A stretch of 64,000 nt of DNA from Eledone cirrhosa (Eukaryota), in assembly GCA_964016885.1 (NCBI GenBank), contig OZ024750.1:13950001-14014000 (forward strand). The letters are read 5' to 3'. How positions within the stretch are numbered: the first letter of the stretch is position 1; each line of letters begins with the position of its first letter. The notes beneath the pieces were generated by a model. The model ran no database searches and was not told the origin of the DNA. It saw only the letters and a list, made by a program, of their open reading frames with translations. Of the stretch, positions 13,353 through 25,089 are shown one piece after another. The position numbers and the translations under genes are program-made.

Positions 13353-13445
13353 TTAAGAAATCTTTCTATGTCTATTTGTCTGTCTGTCTGTCTCACCTTT
13401 CACATAAAGATTTCTTTAAACATGTTCTTATTTGCATGTCAACAG

Positions 13446-13533
13446 GTTGTTTGCACGTGAAGATGGATCCCACAGAGTCTGTATTGCTGGTCTGAGGGAA
13501 ACTAAAGTTATGGATGTCTGCATACTGAAGCAG
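13446..13533 (+). CDS. KIF24: KIF24-like coding exon 4
   Basis: caacag acceptor; (R)LFAREDGSHRVCIAGLRETKVMDVCILKQ; donor gtac at 13534, phase 0. Confidence 0.92.
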
Positions 13534-14036
13534 GTACTATTTATGATTGACTGGTTGGCTTGCTGGGAGTTGGAATATGTCTGAAGAACTACTTACAGGA
13601 GAAGAGGGACTTTAACGCAGAAGGAAGCCTGAAAAGTACCCTGGAGAACTGTAAAATAAAAGAAAATATACATATGTGAGATTGATACACTCGCTTACTG
13701 AGTGATTTGGGCTTGTCAAAGTGGACCATGGAAATAATGTTTCCATTGAGTTTTCCATTGCTAATATTATCTGCCTGTCACAACTCCTGGCATATCTGTG
13801 TGATAAGATGAAATAAATATTAAAAAATGAAATATTTATACATATGCCTGTATACACACATGGTGAAGGCACATGGCCTAGTGGTTAGGAGTGTTGGGAT
13901 TATGATCATAATGTTGTTGGTTCAATTCCTGGACCACGTGGTGCATTGTGATTTTAAGCAAAACAATTCATTCCATATTGTTCCATCGAAACTATCACTC
14001 AATATAATTTTGTATCTCTTCACATCTATATTACAG

Positions 14037-14158
14037 ATTCTTGAAACTGGCAGAGCATGTCGTAGTAAAGGCTCCACAGGTGCCAATTCAGATTCATCAC
14101 GTTCACATGCTATATTACAGCTTGAAGTGCGAAATTCCGCTGATGGTTATATTGGGCG
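14037..14158 (+). CDS. KIF24: KIF24-like coding exon 5 (switch I)
   Basis: ttacag acceptor; GANSDSSRSHAILQL; donor gtgag at 14159, phase 2. Confidence 0.95.
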
Positions 14159-14525
14159 GTGAGTTGGTTTTTTTTTTTATCATTTAAGTATTTCTTTCTA
14201 AACTCTTTCTTGGTTGGGATGTATGTCCTCTGATTTGTAGGAAATCATGGCTTTTTGAAGTTTGATAACTTTAATAGATATTAGCTTAGGCCATGTCTAA
14301 CACACACATGCAATCGTGAGGTTGTGAGTTCGATTCCTGGACCAGGCAATGCATTATTTCTTTGAGCAAGACAATTTATTTCATGTTGCTCCTTCTACCT
14401 GGAATTACAACCGATAGATAGTATTAGCATTGGAAAGACTAACGGAAACATTGTTTCCTCGATCCGATTTGACGAATGTTGATTGACTGTCGGTATATAT
14501 ATAATTTTTTTTTTTTGTTTTGTAG

Positions 14526-14631
14526 GATCACTTTCATTGATTTAGCTGGCAATGAACGAGCAGCAGACATAAAAGATTCAGACAAAAAATCTCGTAAAGA
14601 AGGTGCTGAAATCAACCAGAGCCTTTTAGCA
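14526..14631 (+). CDS. KIF24: KIF24-like coding exon 6 (switch II)
   Basis: tgtag acceptor; [14 protein letters not shown]...[11 protein letters not shown]; donor gtaagt at 14632, phase 0. Confidence 0.95.
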
Positions 14632-14757
14632 GTAAGTACTGGGATTGTTAACTCTTAAACCTTTCATAGTACTGGGATTGTTAATTCTTAAACCTTTGAC
14701 AGTACTGGGATTGTTAACTCTTAAACCTTTCACAGTACTGGGATTGTTAACTCTTAA

Positions 14758-15821
14758 CCCTTTAGTGTTCAAACCGCCCGAAACCGGCTGAAATTATTTC
14801 CCCTTCATTTGTTCAAACCGCCCGAAACCGGCCGATAACATCCACACTAAAATATTGTTCTAAAAATAAACAAACCATCATTAAAATTTCGTCAATTCGA
14901 GATTACTGCGAGATTAGGCCCTTACCACAAAAATTAACACTTAATATAGTGAAACAACTTAAAACAACGTGTTTTTTAACGTTGAAGGTAGAACAGATTT
15001 TTTGTGTATCAACATGGCTTGTGAAAGTAGCGATACCGATTTTGAAGGTTTTACACCCGACGATATTCAGAATGAACAAGAAACAAAAGATAATATTAGT
15101 GATTTATCTTCAAATGAATAAGATGTTTACATTTCTGAAATTTCATCCGACGATGATGTTTTGAAAGTGAAAATGAAGGAGATCTCCAGGACGCCATTGA
15201 AAATATTACAGCAATGTGGTTGAAAAATACCACACCAATATATGTTACCGATTTTATTCAAAATACTGGTCCACAACACACATTAGCTCCCGATGCTAAA
15301 GCACTGGAGTATTTCTTTTTGTTTTTACCACAAACTTTCTTCGAAGTTGTCGCAGAAGAGATTAATCGATATGCCCAACAACTGATTTCAAATCGAGGAA
15401 AACCCGATCTGTTTGGCGACCGACAGATGCTGTGGAAATGCAAGCATTTTTTACCGTAAATTTTATGTTTGGTATAAAACAATTTCCAAGACTGTGGAAT
15501 TACTGGAACACTGATATAAGGTTTAGTGATCCTTATATATCAAGTATTATGTCGAAAACAATGTATTTAAAATTAAACCAGTATTTGCACTTGGTTGATA
15601 CTTCAAATGCCCCTATTAATTAATTTCATTTGCCCATAAAAGTCAAATTTGACCAAAAAAATCAGGTAAAATTATAAAATTGTAAATTATTGATAAAATT
15701 TCAAGCCTGCACATAGAAAATTACAAACAAATAGAATTGATAACCCTCTTGAGTATGAATAACTCAAAATAATGCGAACAGATAAGCATGACATTTGAAA
15801 ATTAATGCGAATGCTAAAGGG
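14758..15821 (+). mobile_element. Internally deleted piggyBac transposon (PGBD-like transposase remnant)
   Basis: TTAA TSDs at 14754-14757 and 15822-15825; CCCTTTAG/CTAAAGGG TIRs; frameshifted transposase pieces ALEYFFLF..AEEINRYAQQ and EMQAFF..MFGIK..NYW..IMSKT.Y..LNQYLHL. Confidence 0.88.
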
Positions 15822-15957
15822 TTAAACCTTTCACAGTACTGGGATTGTTAATTCTTAAACCTTCCATAGTACTGGGATTGTTAATTCTTAAACCTTCCAT
15901 AGTACTGGGATTGTTAATTCTTAAACCTTCCATAGTACTGGGATTGTTAATTCTTAA

Positions 15958-16131
15958 ACTTTTAACATTTATATTACTCTATATATACTATTGTATTTTC
16001 ACAGAAAAGGTTTTATCTCATATAATTATCTCACAAAATATGGAATCTATGAGAATTTGATATTTGTTTTGAGAATAATACCTTAATATCGGTATGAGCA
16101 ACCAGCTACAGCTGGTTTAAATGCTAAAGGG
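15958..16131 (+). mobile_element. piggyBac-derived MITE
   Basis: Family body; right TIR TAAATGCTAAAGGG-TTAA; inserted at a minisatellite TTAA. Confidence 0.8.
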
Positions 16132-16164
16132 TTAAACCTTCCACAGTACTGAGATTGTTGTTAA

Positions 16165-16856
<692 letters not shown>

Positions 16857-17405
16857 TAATTACTTACATGGCAATAATGCTGTAATGAGTTTTTGGATAA
16901 TACACATTTTCTGCTGGGGTCATGAGGTGGCATGTGTCTTGAGGTTCAGCATGGTAGAGATCACTATTTGAGCTTGTATCATTGGGATAACGATGTAGGT
17001 TACTGATATTTATGACATCTGTTGATACACACACACACACACAACATACACAATGTTATGCCTCGAGATTTGCACATTAGAGAAGATTCTTCCATACTGT
17101 CTGGGAAGAGGTAGGGTTGTATTATTGGGGCAGTGATGGTATGGGTTGCTGATATCTATCACATGTTGACACACACAACATAAATTATGAACAGTCACCA
17201 TTGAGAAAGACAGAAACTTAACATATGGTTAATTGTATTTTTATAGCATTTTAAGAACTATTGCTACTGCTATCTATCTAGTGGGAAAGAGATATAGACA
17301 TATACACAGGAATGCATATATGTAAGCACACACACACACACACATTGATGTTATGGAAATATATTCAGTTATCTGATTATAAAAGTAAAATATTAATTTT
17401 TCCAG

Positions 17406-19877
17406 AGTAAAAGAATTACGCCCTGAATGGAACAATTCCCGAATGATGACGAAGAAAACAATAGGGTCAAAACATACTAGAAATAAACATACTGTTTCTG
17501 TTACTGCTCCGTGTATTTTATGTTCATCAAGGCCTATAAGACGACGGTTATCTGTTTCTGAACCATTCAAGACTACAGAATTAACAAAATATAGAAGTCA
17601 TATTCGACACATAAACAAAGCTAGAAGTAGGCTTAATATTCTTCCTGACAAGATTGCTATCCCTGTGTGTTCGGCACCACAATCTAATTCAAGAGATTCA
17701 CTTGACAGGAGTTCTTTTGATAAAGAATGTAAAGAATTTTTGGAAGAACTTTCTGGAAAAAAATCCAGAGTGAAGACATCAAATGAATATGGTTATGAGG
17801 AGCCCATTGATGATTTTATTAATGATTTGAATGATCTCAATAAGTCCAGTGATTGTGGAACCTCCAACATGAAATCTGAACAAATTGATGATGATTTACC
17901 TGAAAGGTCACACAGTGAGGTAACTGATTCAACTCTAGAAAACACTGCCTCAACTGTGGCACAAACTTGCAATAATTATGATCTCAATATGTCTAGTGAA
18001 TATGAAAACTCCAGCGTAAGATGTGAAGTGGGGGATAATCACCAGATTGATGCAGAAGAATGTGAAGTGTCAAACTCTGATTTAACTGTATTGTCGACTC
18101 CAGAAAGCGCTATCTCATTTGTGGCACAAACTTCCAATTATTCTGATCTCAATAAGCCTGGAGAATATAAAAACTCCAACATAAAATGTGAAGAAGTGGA
18201 TAATCACCAGATTCATTTACAAGAATCTAAAACATCAAACTGTGATTTATCTGCATTGTTAACTACAGAAAGCACTGTCTCACCTACGGTAGAATCTTGC
18301 AATAATTCTAATCATACTGGTAATTTTGGAAACGAGATAAAATGTGAACGAGTGGATACTCACCAAATTCATTTTGAAGACTCTGAAAGCTCAAACAATG
18401 GGGTAACTGCTTTTTTAAATCCACCAAAAACTGTCTCACCAAAGGCGCGATCTCGTTATCATTCTGATTCTCATGTTTTCTCCAACCAACTAAATATGTC
18501 TTATGATTGTGAACTGAAAAGGCAGATGTCTTCTGATTTCATACATTTCTCAACAGAAGAGAACTCTGAATGTAAATATTGGTTTGGTAATCATAAAGAC
18601 AGACATAAATTTCAACCACCACATCATTTTTATATAGCTCAAAATAAATTTGAACTGTCATCTATTACTCACATGAAGACTATATTTCCTTTACCACCAA
18701 CTTTGAAAACTAAGTTGTGTAATTATACAAATGCCATGAAGAATGATTATGGATCTGAACTAAGAAAAGATGCATTTGGTGAAAATATAGTTAAGAATGT
18801 TCAGCTAGTTAAACAGACAGAGGCAAACTGTTTTGGAGATTGCAGAGAAGATTTGTTACATAAAAAGATTAACTCATTTGTGTCAAATGAAAATATATTG
18901 TCTGATGCAACAGAACAAGATTTTCAAATGGTTTCTTCAGATGATACAAAAGCCAATAATGTTAATAGTTCTCCGAGCACTGACAATATTTCCTGTGCAG
19001 TTATCAACACAACTAAATCAGTAATTACATCACCAATTAACAATTTAACTTATACTTTCGATAAACCTATAGCTAGTTCTACTCCAACTAATTACCTTGA
19101 AACACTCTTAGGATCTAAAACATCTTTAGAAAAGGAGCTGGAGTCTAATTCTAGAAGTGATGATCCTGAAAGTAGTTTATTTTCTTGTGGAAGTGAAAAA
19201 TTTGAAGATAATTTTCTAAGCACAGGACCAAAAACTCATTGTGTTACTATTGAAAGTAATTTGGATGATAAAAACTATGTAAATAATGTCTGCTCGCGAA
19301 GAAATCTGAACAGTTTTAAAGATGATAGGGATAGGGAGGGAATATATACTTCAGGAGTTGCTGAAAGTAAGCAAGATCTATATAGCAAAAGCCAAATGAT
19401 GTTGAAACCAAATTCCTGTCAATTGACACGGGAATTTGCAGTTGATTCTTTGCAGAGACAAAGTAGTTGTGCTGAAGGAGATGTGAACAATACTTCCTCC
19501 ATTCAATCATCTCTGCCTCCACACAGACATTTCAATTTAAAAGTGATACCAGCTACCACCTTTTCATTTGTACTAAAAAATAACGTTGGTCTTCATTCTC
19601 AGGACAATTATGAGCACACAATATGTGGAAAAAGACCTAATTTGCCAAGTAATGAACAATCTGCTTCAGACTTGATTTCACACAAAATGGATGACTCTTG
19701 TTCCAATAAAACAAGATATCCTGTCTTATCAAGTGCTTCACCAGCTTCAGATGCTTCAGCCATCACCGTTTCAGAGCCATCAGCCATCACCTTTTCAGGG
19801 GCTTCAGCCATCACCGTTTCAGAGGCTTCAACCTTAGAAACTGGTGGAAACAGCAGCATTCAAATTGAAAAAAATCA
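17406..19877 (+). CDS. KIF24: KIF24-like coding exon 8 (large Ser/Asn-rich disordered tail)
   Basis: tccag acceptor gives (R)VKELRP in frame with the 812-aa ORF; donor ca|gtaagt at 19878, phase 2, matches the next exon. Confidence 0.88.
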
Positions 19878-21010
19878 GTAAGTGAAAATTAAACTATTCA
19901 CCTGAATTATTTTATTGTTCTTGTCATTCACAGTGAAGGTGCATGGCTTAGTGGTTAGAGCATTGGGCTTGCAATCGAAAGGTTGTGAGTTCAATTCTCG
20001 GACTGGGTGTTGTGTTGTTTCCTTGAGCAAGACACTTTATTTCACGTTGCTCCAGTTTACTCAGCTGTAGAAATGAGATGATAGGACTGGGATCCCAATC
20101 ATTAAATCACCCAAGACTCCTCCGAGATATACCTTGGAGGAGGCCAGCTAAACATGTATAGGTGTGAGCTGTCACACGCACACATCCTACTGCACCATAC
20201 AACAACCCATGCCATAGCTTTGTGTTTCATTGGCAGCAACTATCAGAGTATTACTAATTTATCATCCGGTAGGTAGAGGGAGCCTTGGTTTTCATACTAC
20301 CACCTTACAGCTGATGTTAATGAAGAATTTTGATGGATTTACTAAAATATCTCATTTTCGTACAGATCTAAACTATAATAAGTGCTGTGTCTGTCTGTCC
20401 ATCATCTCTTTATATATAGAGAGGGAAATACTACTCCATCTTCCCCTCTCTCTAACTAAAGTATAATGTGTGAACGAATGAAAAGAATACAGATTTTTTT
20501 TTTGGGGTTGTTTGTGTGTGTGTCTGTTTCTGTATGTTGTTCAATATATAATGACAGGTGGTTGTTGTTATTGAGAGAGAGAGAGTGTGTGTGTGTGTAA
20601 CGAGTTTTGATTGAAAATGCAGGAATTATAAGTGCAAGTCTGTCAACACATGTGGAAGTGTGTGTGTGTGTCTGTATGTCCTAAAAAAAACGGGCTACAA
20701 CTAGTATGTACATAAAGTTATAGAAACACATACCCTATATTCATGAGCAATGTTCAAACAGTTTCTTTTTTTCCGTATATATAGAAACTGAAAGTAAGTA
20801 TAAACCAATTTGAAATATTGTTATTTGAAAACCATCTTGAGTAACTATGTTCTTCATGTATTCTACACATTTCCACTGTTAATTATATTTACATTCTCAA
20901 TTGCTATAAATTAAATATCGACGCACACTTAAATGTTTTCACTTTCTTACTAATCATGCTTATGGAAGTAAATCTAATCCACATTCCACACCACCATAAA
21001 TGAAACTTAA

Positions 21011-21492
21011 CCCTTTAGCATTTAAACCGGTCATATCCGGCCAGGATTCTCTCACCTCTTTCTGTTCGTTCAAACAGCTGTAACTGGTCACTCATTCTGA
21101 TGTTAAGGTCATCATCATTTCATCATCTCATTTTACGTCCGCTTTTCCCCTGCTTTCAAGGGTGGGACGGGAACTGATTCTGGCTTGATTTCTACAGCTG
21201 GATGCCCTTCCTAACACCAACCTCATTTACAGTGAGTGCTGGGTGCTTTTTTGCCGTGGCACCTCCACGACCACTTTGCAGTGGAATGATAGGGACCCCA
21301 GTCCCTATCATCTTATTTCTACAGCTGAGTAAACTGGAGCAATGTGAAATAAAGTGTCTTGCTCAAGGAAACAACACATCATCAAGGTATTGTTCTTAAA
21401 ATATATAATATCATAGATTCGATATTATGTGAGGTAAAACCTTTACCGTGAAAATACAATAGTATATATAGAGTAATGTAAATGCTAAGGGG
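21011..21492 (-). mobile_element. piggyBac MITE with nested SINE B
   Basis: TTAA flanks at 21007-21010 and 21493-21496; SINE B inserted at about 21109-21383. Confidence 0.8.
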
Positions 21493-21519
21493 TTAAGGGT
21501 CAGTCTGCCTTGTGGTCTC

Positions 21520-21680
21520 AGCCAACAAGATGGAGAAGACATTGCCTCAGAGGATGGCAAGGGAGATGGACTGGAATAGCTACTCCATCTTGCAGGGCTC
21601 ACACCTGTGGGCAACTTACTCTGTTCCGACAGTGAGCAGGGTTGTGATCTAGGGGCCAAAAGCACCAGAACTCTCCAACC
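21520..21680 (-). mobile_element. CRE-like LINE fragment
   Basis: The reverse complement aligns with 27197-27350 (GGAGAGTTCTGGTG...CTCCCTTGCCATCCTC). Confidence 0.7.
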
Positions 21681-22020
21681 GCTAAGCCACGTGCCTATTT
21701 CTTAATCAAGTGCTTAAATGATTGGAAAAACAAACCTAAACAATTGTAATAAGATAGAACGGAAAGTTGTTTGGTAAGTTGTAGTGTTCTAGAGACCAGC
21801 TTCATTATTTATGGTCTAATTTGGCTAAAGTAGATTACTATTTATCAAACAAATTATCGCAATGTTATTGTTTCTCCCAATATTTAGTGTTGTGAAATAC
21901 AATTGTCTCTGTTGATATTATCCATTTTCAAAGTCTTTGTTTTAGTCTTTTGATGTTTTGTTTGATTATCACTATAATATATACATACATAGAATGTTGT
22001 TGCATTCCCTCCCCTCAACT

Positions 22021-22058
<38 letters not shown>

Positions 22059-22343
22059 GGAGGCACATGGCTTAGTGGTTAGAGCATTGGCATTGCAAGA
22101 CACTTTATTTCACATTGCTCCAGTTTACTCAGCTGTAGAAATGAGATGATAGGGACTGGTGTCCATATCATTCCACTGCAAAGTGGTCGTGGAGGTGCCA
22201 CGGCAAAAAAGCACACAGCACTCACTGTAAATGAGGTTGGTGTTAGGAAGGGCATCCAGCTGTAGAAATCAAGCCAGAATCAGTTCCCGTCCCACCCTTG
22301 CAAGCAGGGAAAAGCGGACGTAAAATGAAATGATGAATGATGA

Positions 22344-22389
<46 letters not shown>

Positions 22390-22393
<4 letters not shown>

Positions 22394-22840
22394 GAGGTGT
22401 GTCAGAAAAGTTCCAGGACTGATATCACAAAAGATTTATTTCAAACCCAAATTTCACACTAAGAGTTTTCTCCTTCAAAGTAATCCCCCTAATGCACTTA
22501 TCCATCCTTTTCTGCCACGCTTGCATGCACTTCTGGAAGGATTCTTCCGGGATCCTCCGCAGTTCCGTCGTCACAGCCTTTTTGATGTCGTCCACATCTT
22601 CAAAACGGGTCCCCTTGATGACCCCCTTGAGCTTGGGGAATAGGAAAAAATCACACGGAACTAGGTCGGGAGGAGTAGGGAGGTTGCTCCAGCACGGCGA
22701 TGTTCTTCTCGGCCAGGAACTGTTGGATGCTCAGGGCATTGTGAGCAGGCGCGTTGTCATGGTGAAGCAGCCACGAGTTGTCCTGCCACAACTCTTGCCT
22801 CTTCTCTCGCACTGAACGAAGCAAACGCTGCAGTATCTCT
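22390..22840 (-). mobile_element. mariner (DD34D) transposase 3' fragment with one TIR, next to a (TA)n tract
   Basis: Minus strand encodes WLLHHDNAPAH...LEQP.(frameshift)..PDLVPCDFFLFPKLKGVIKGTRFEDVDDIK...DYFEG. Confidence 0.88.
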
Positions 22841-23244
22841 TTGTAGACATGTTGGGGTAAATTCTTGGGGAACCTGGCTCAAGATTTTCAATTCTTGTTT
22901 GGAGTTATCCCACTGATGCATATGAGTATAAGTGTGTCTGTGTATGTGCATATGCATACATTTATATGTATGAGTATATAAATATAAACGTGCTAACACA
23001 GACACACTTACAAAAATGCACACACACATTCAGACAAACACACATTAACACAAACATACAGCATAACAAATGGAACGCCAGCCGCTATTTTGCTATAGTT
23101 TTTTCAACATCCCCTTCTTTCCTTTTACATACACATACATTCTCACAAAAACACACACACTTATTGTGTGACTGACAGAAGTCGCTCAAATTCATATATA
23201 GATGATAAAATCTTAATTTCAACTGTTTTTTTCTGGTTTCACAG

Positions 23245-23344
23245 AAATCATTTAATTCAGTGCCATGAGAAACAGCTAGCTACATTGACAATGTTATGTA
23301 AGCAGGAGATGAAGCTATTACTTCAAGTAAAAGGTGGTCAGAAG
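23245..23344 (+). CDS. KIF24: KIF24-like coding exon 9 (C-terminal helical region)
   Basis: ttcacag acceptor; NHLIQCHEKQLATLTMLCKQEMKLLLQVKGGQK resembles the kinesin-13 C-terminal H..Q.......E..L motif; donor gtga at 23345, phase 0. Confidence 0.85.
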
Positions 23345-23604
23345 GTGAATATTTACTTTACTTAAGATTTTTCCTAAGTTACTTTAGATGTTGACACTGA
23401 CAGCTTAAGATCAGTATTGCAGAGAGTAGGAAAGCATTACTCCAAGGTCTCAATCTTGTAACATTTCTGTAAGGCCTAGTATTTTCAGGATTGACCTAAC
23501 CACTTCTTGCAAACTTTTCCATAATCTAAATTTATTCCGGGTTTAAAAATGGAATAGCCAAGTAGATACGACATTGCACTACAAGTTTATCAGTTTTAAT
23601 ATAT

Positions 23605-23790
23605 AATAATAATAATAATGAAATTATTGTGTACAGTGCTCAGGTGCACTACAACTCATCAAAGGTGTAAGTATAGTACATAGAATAATGTACAAATGTC
23701 ATAAAATACATATGCGTGTGTGTATGGAGGGGGGACATCAGGTGTAGTGTTGGCGAATCTCAGGAAGCATGGAGGTTTTAAAGGATGCAG
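23605..23790 (-). mobile_element. CR1/L2-like LINE 3' end with (TTA)n tail
   Basis: Near-identical to 28622-28830. Confidence 0.75.
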
Positions 23791-23879
23791 TTCAAATTCA
23801 CTGCAATTATTTTGCTGCTTATTTTGCTGCTTATATAGAATTTTACATACCTTAACTCTCTTTGGTATCAAATCAAAAA

Positions 23880-24390
23880 GTGGTCAGTCCACACTGTAAA
23901 ATGGTGGTGTTGGTGACACAATAAGAAGTGCTCAGTTCACACTGTTAAGTGGTCGTGTTGGTGACAATAAAAAGCGCCAATCCACCATGGAAAGTGGTTG
24001 TGTTGGTGACTAAAAGTGCCCAGACCACATTGTAGAGTGGTCGTGTTGAGGGCATGATAAAAAGCGCTCAGTCTACACAGTAAAGTGGTCGTTTTGGTGC
24101 CACAACAAAAAACGCCCAGTTCACACTATAAAGTGGTCGTTTTGGTGCCACAACGAAAAGCATCCAGTCCACACTGTACAGTGGTTGTTTTGGTGACACA
24201 ACAAAAAGCATCCAGTCCACACTGTACAGTGGTTGGTGTTAAAAAGGGCATCCAGCCTTAGAACCAAACCAGAAACAATTCTGTGTGAGCACGACACAGT
24301 CATATAATCTGTCTTGTTTCACAACGGGACAACTCCTGTAACCCATGCTAGCATGGAAAAATTGGACGTTAGATGACGATGATGATGATG
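23880..24390 (+). mobile_element. SINE-tail element with internal ~48-bp tandem repeats and (GAT)n tail; duplicated at about 24530-24940
   Basis: Units CAGTCCACACTGTAAAGTGGTYGTTTTGGTGCCAC..., then GGGCATCCAGCC tail, CCATGCTAGCATGG and (GAT)n. Confidence 0.75.
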
Positions 24391-24411
24391 TTTATATAAT
24401 TCTTATTTCAG

Positions 24412-24705
24412 AGCTTTGCTGAGTTCCTTCACAAAGTGGACCAGATTGGGACACAGAAATTGAAAACAATCACAACATTTCAGCAAGAAATACTTATTTG
24501 TGGTGGTAAGAGCATTGTTTTTAACAGTTCAAACTGTAAAGTGGTCGTTTTGATGCCACGACAAAAAGTATTCAGTCCACACTGTAAAGAGGTTGTTTTG
24601 GTGCCACAAGAAACGCCCAGTCCACACTGTAAAGTGGTTGTTTTGGTGCCACGACAAAAAGCATCCAGTCCACACTGTAAAGAGGTCGTTTTGGTGCCAC
24701 AATAA
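24412..24705 (+). CDS. KIF24: KIF24-like terminal coding exon, copy A
   Basis: ttatttcag acceptor; SFAEFLHKVDQIGTQKLKTITTFQQEILICG in phase 0. It reads on into repeat-derived sequence to a stop at 24705, or uses a possible donor gtaag at 24506. Confidence 0.65.
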   Translation, partial: SFAEFLHKVDQIGTQKLKTITTFQQEILICGGKSIVFNSSNCKVVVLMPRQKVFSPHCKEVVLVPQETPSPHCKVVVLVPRQKASSPHCKEVVLVPQ

Positions 24706-24960
24706 ACGCCCAGTCTACACTGTAAAGTGGTTGTTTTGGTGCCACGACAAAAAGCATCCAGTTCACACTGTAAATGTGATTGGCGTTAGAAAGGGCACCC
24801 AGCCTTAGAAACGAAACCAGAAACAGTTCTGTGTGAGAAAGACAGTCATTTGATCTGTCTTGTTTCACAACGGGACAACTCCTATATCCCATGCTAGCAT
24901 GGAAAAATCGGACGTTAAATGATGACGATGATGATGATGTTTATATAATTCTTATTTCAG

Positions 24961-25089
24961 ACCGTTTCTGAGTTCCTTCACAAAGAGAACCAGATCTTGA
25001 CACAGAAATTGCAAGCAGTCACAACATTTCATCAAGAAATACTTATTTGTGGTGGTAAGAGCATTGTTTCTACTGCCCACACTGAATGA
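24961..25089 (+). CDS. KIF24: KIF24-like terminal coding exon, copy B
   Basis: Identical acceptor context; TVSEFLHKENQILTQKLQAVTTFHQEILICGGKSIVSTAHTE* with TGA at 25087-25089. Confidence 0.6.
   Translation, partial: TVSEFLHKENQILTQKLQAVTTFHQEILICGGKSIVSTAHTE

Larger units (their letters stand above)
14635..16160 (+). repeat. About 33-bp minisatellite (AGTACTGGGATTGTTAAYTCTTAAACCTTYCAT) split by two TTAA insertions
   Basis: About 4 units at 14635-14757, about 4 at 15826-15957 and a last partial unit after 16135. Confidence 0.85.

Noticed and set aside
19933-20010. tRNA-like sequences with A and B boxes (also at many other SINE heads)
   Set aside because: They continue into SINE bodies and occur in many diverged copies; not called as tRNA genes.
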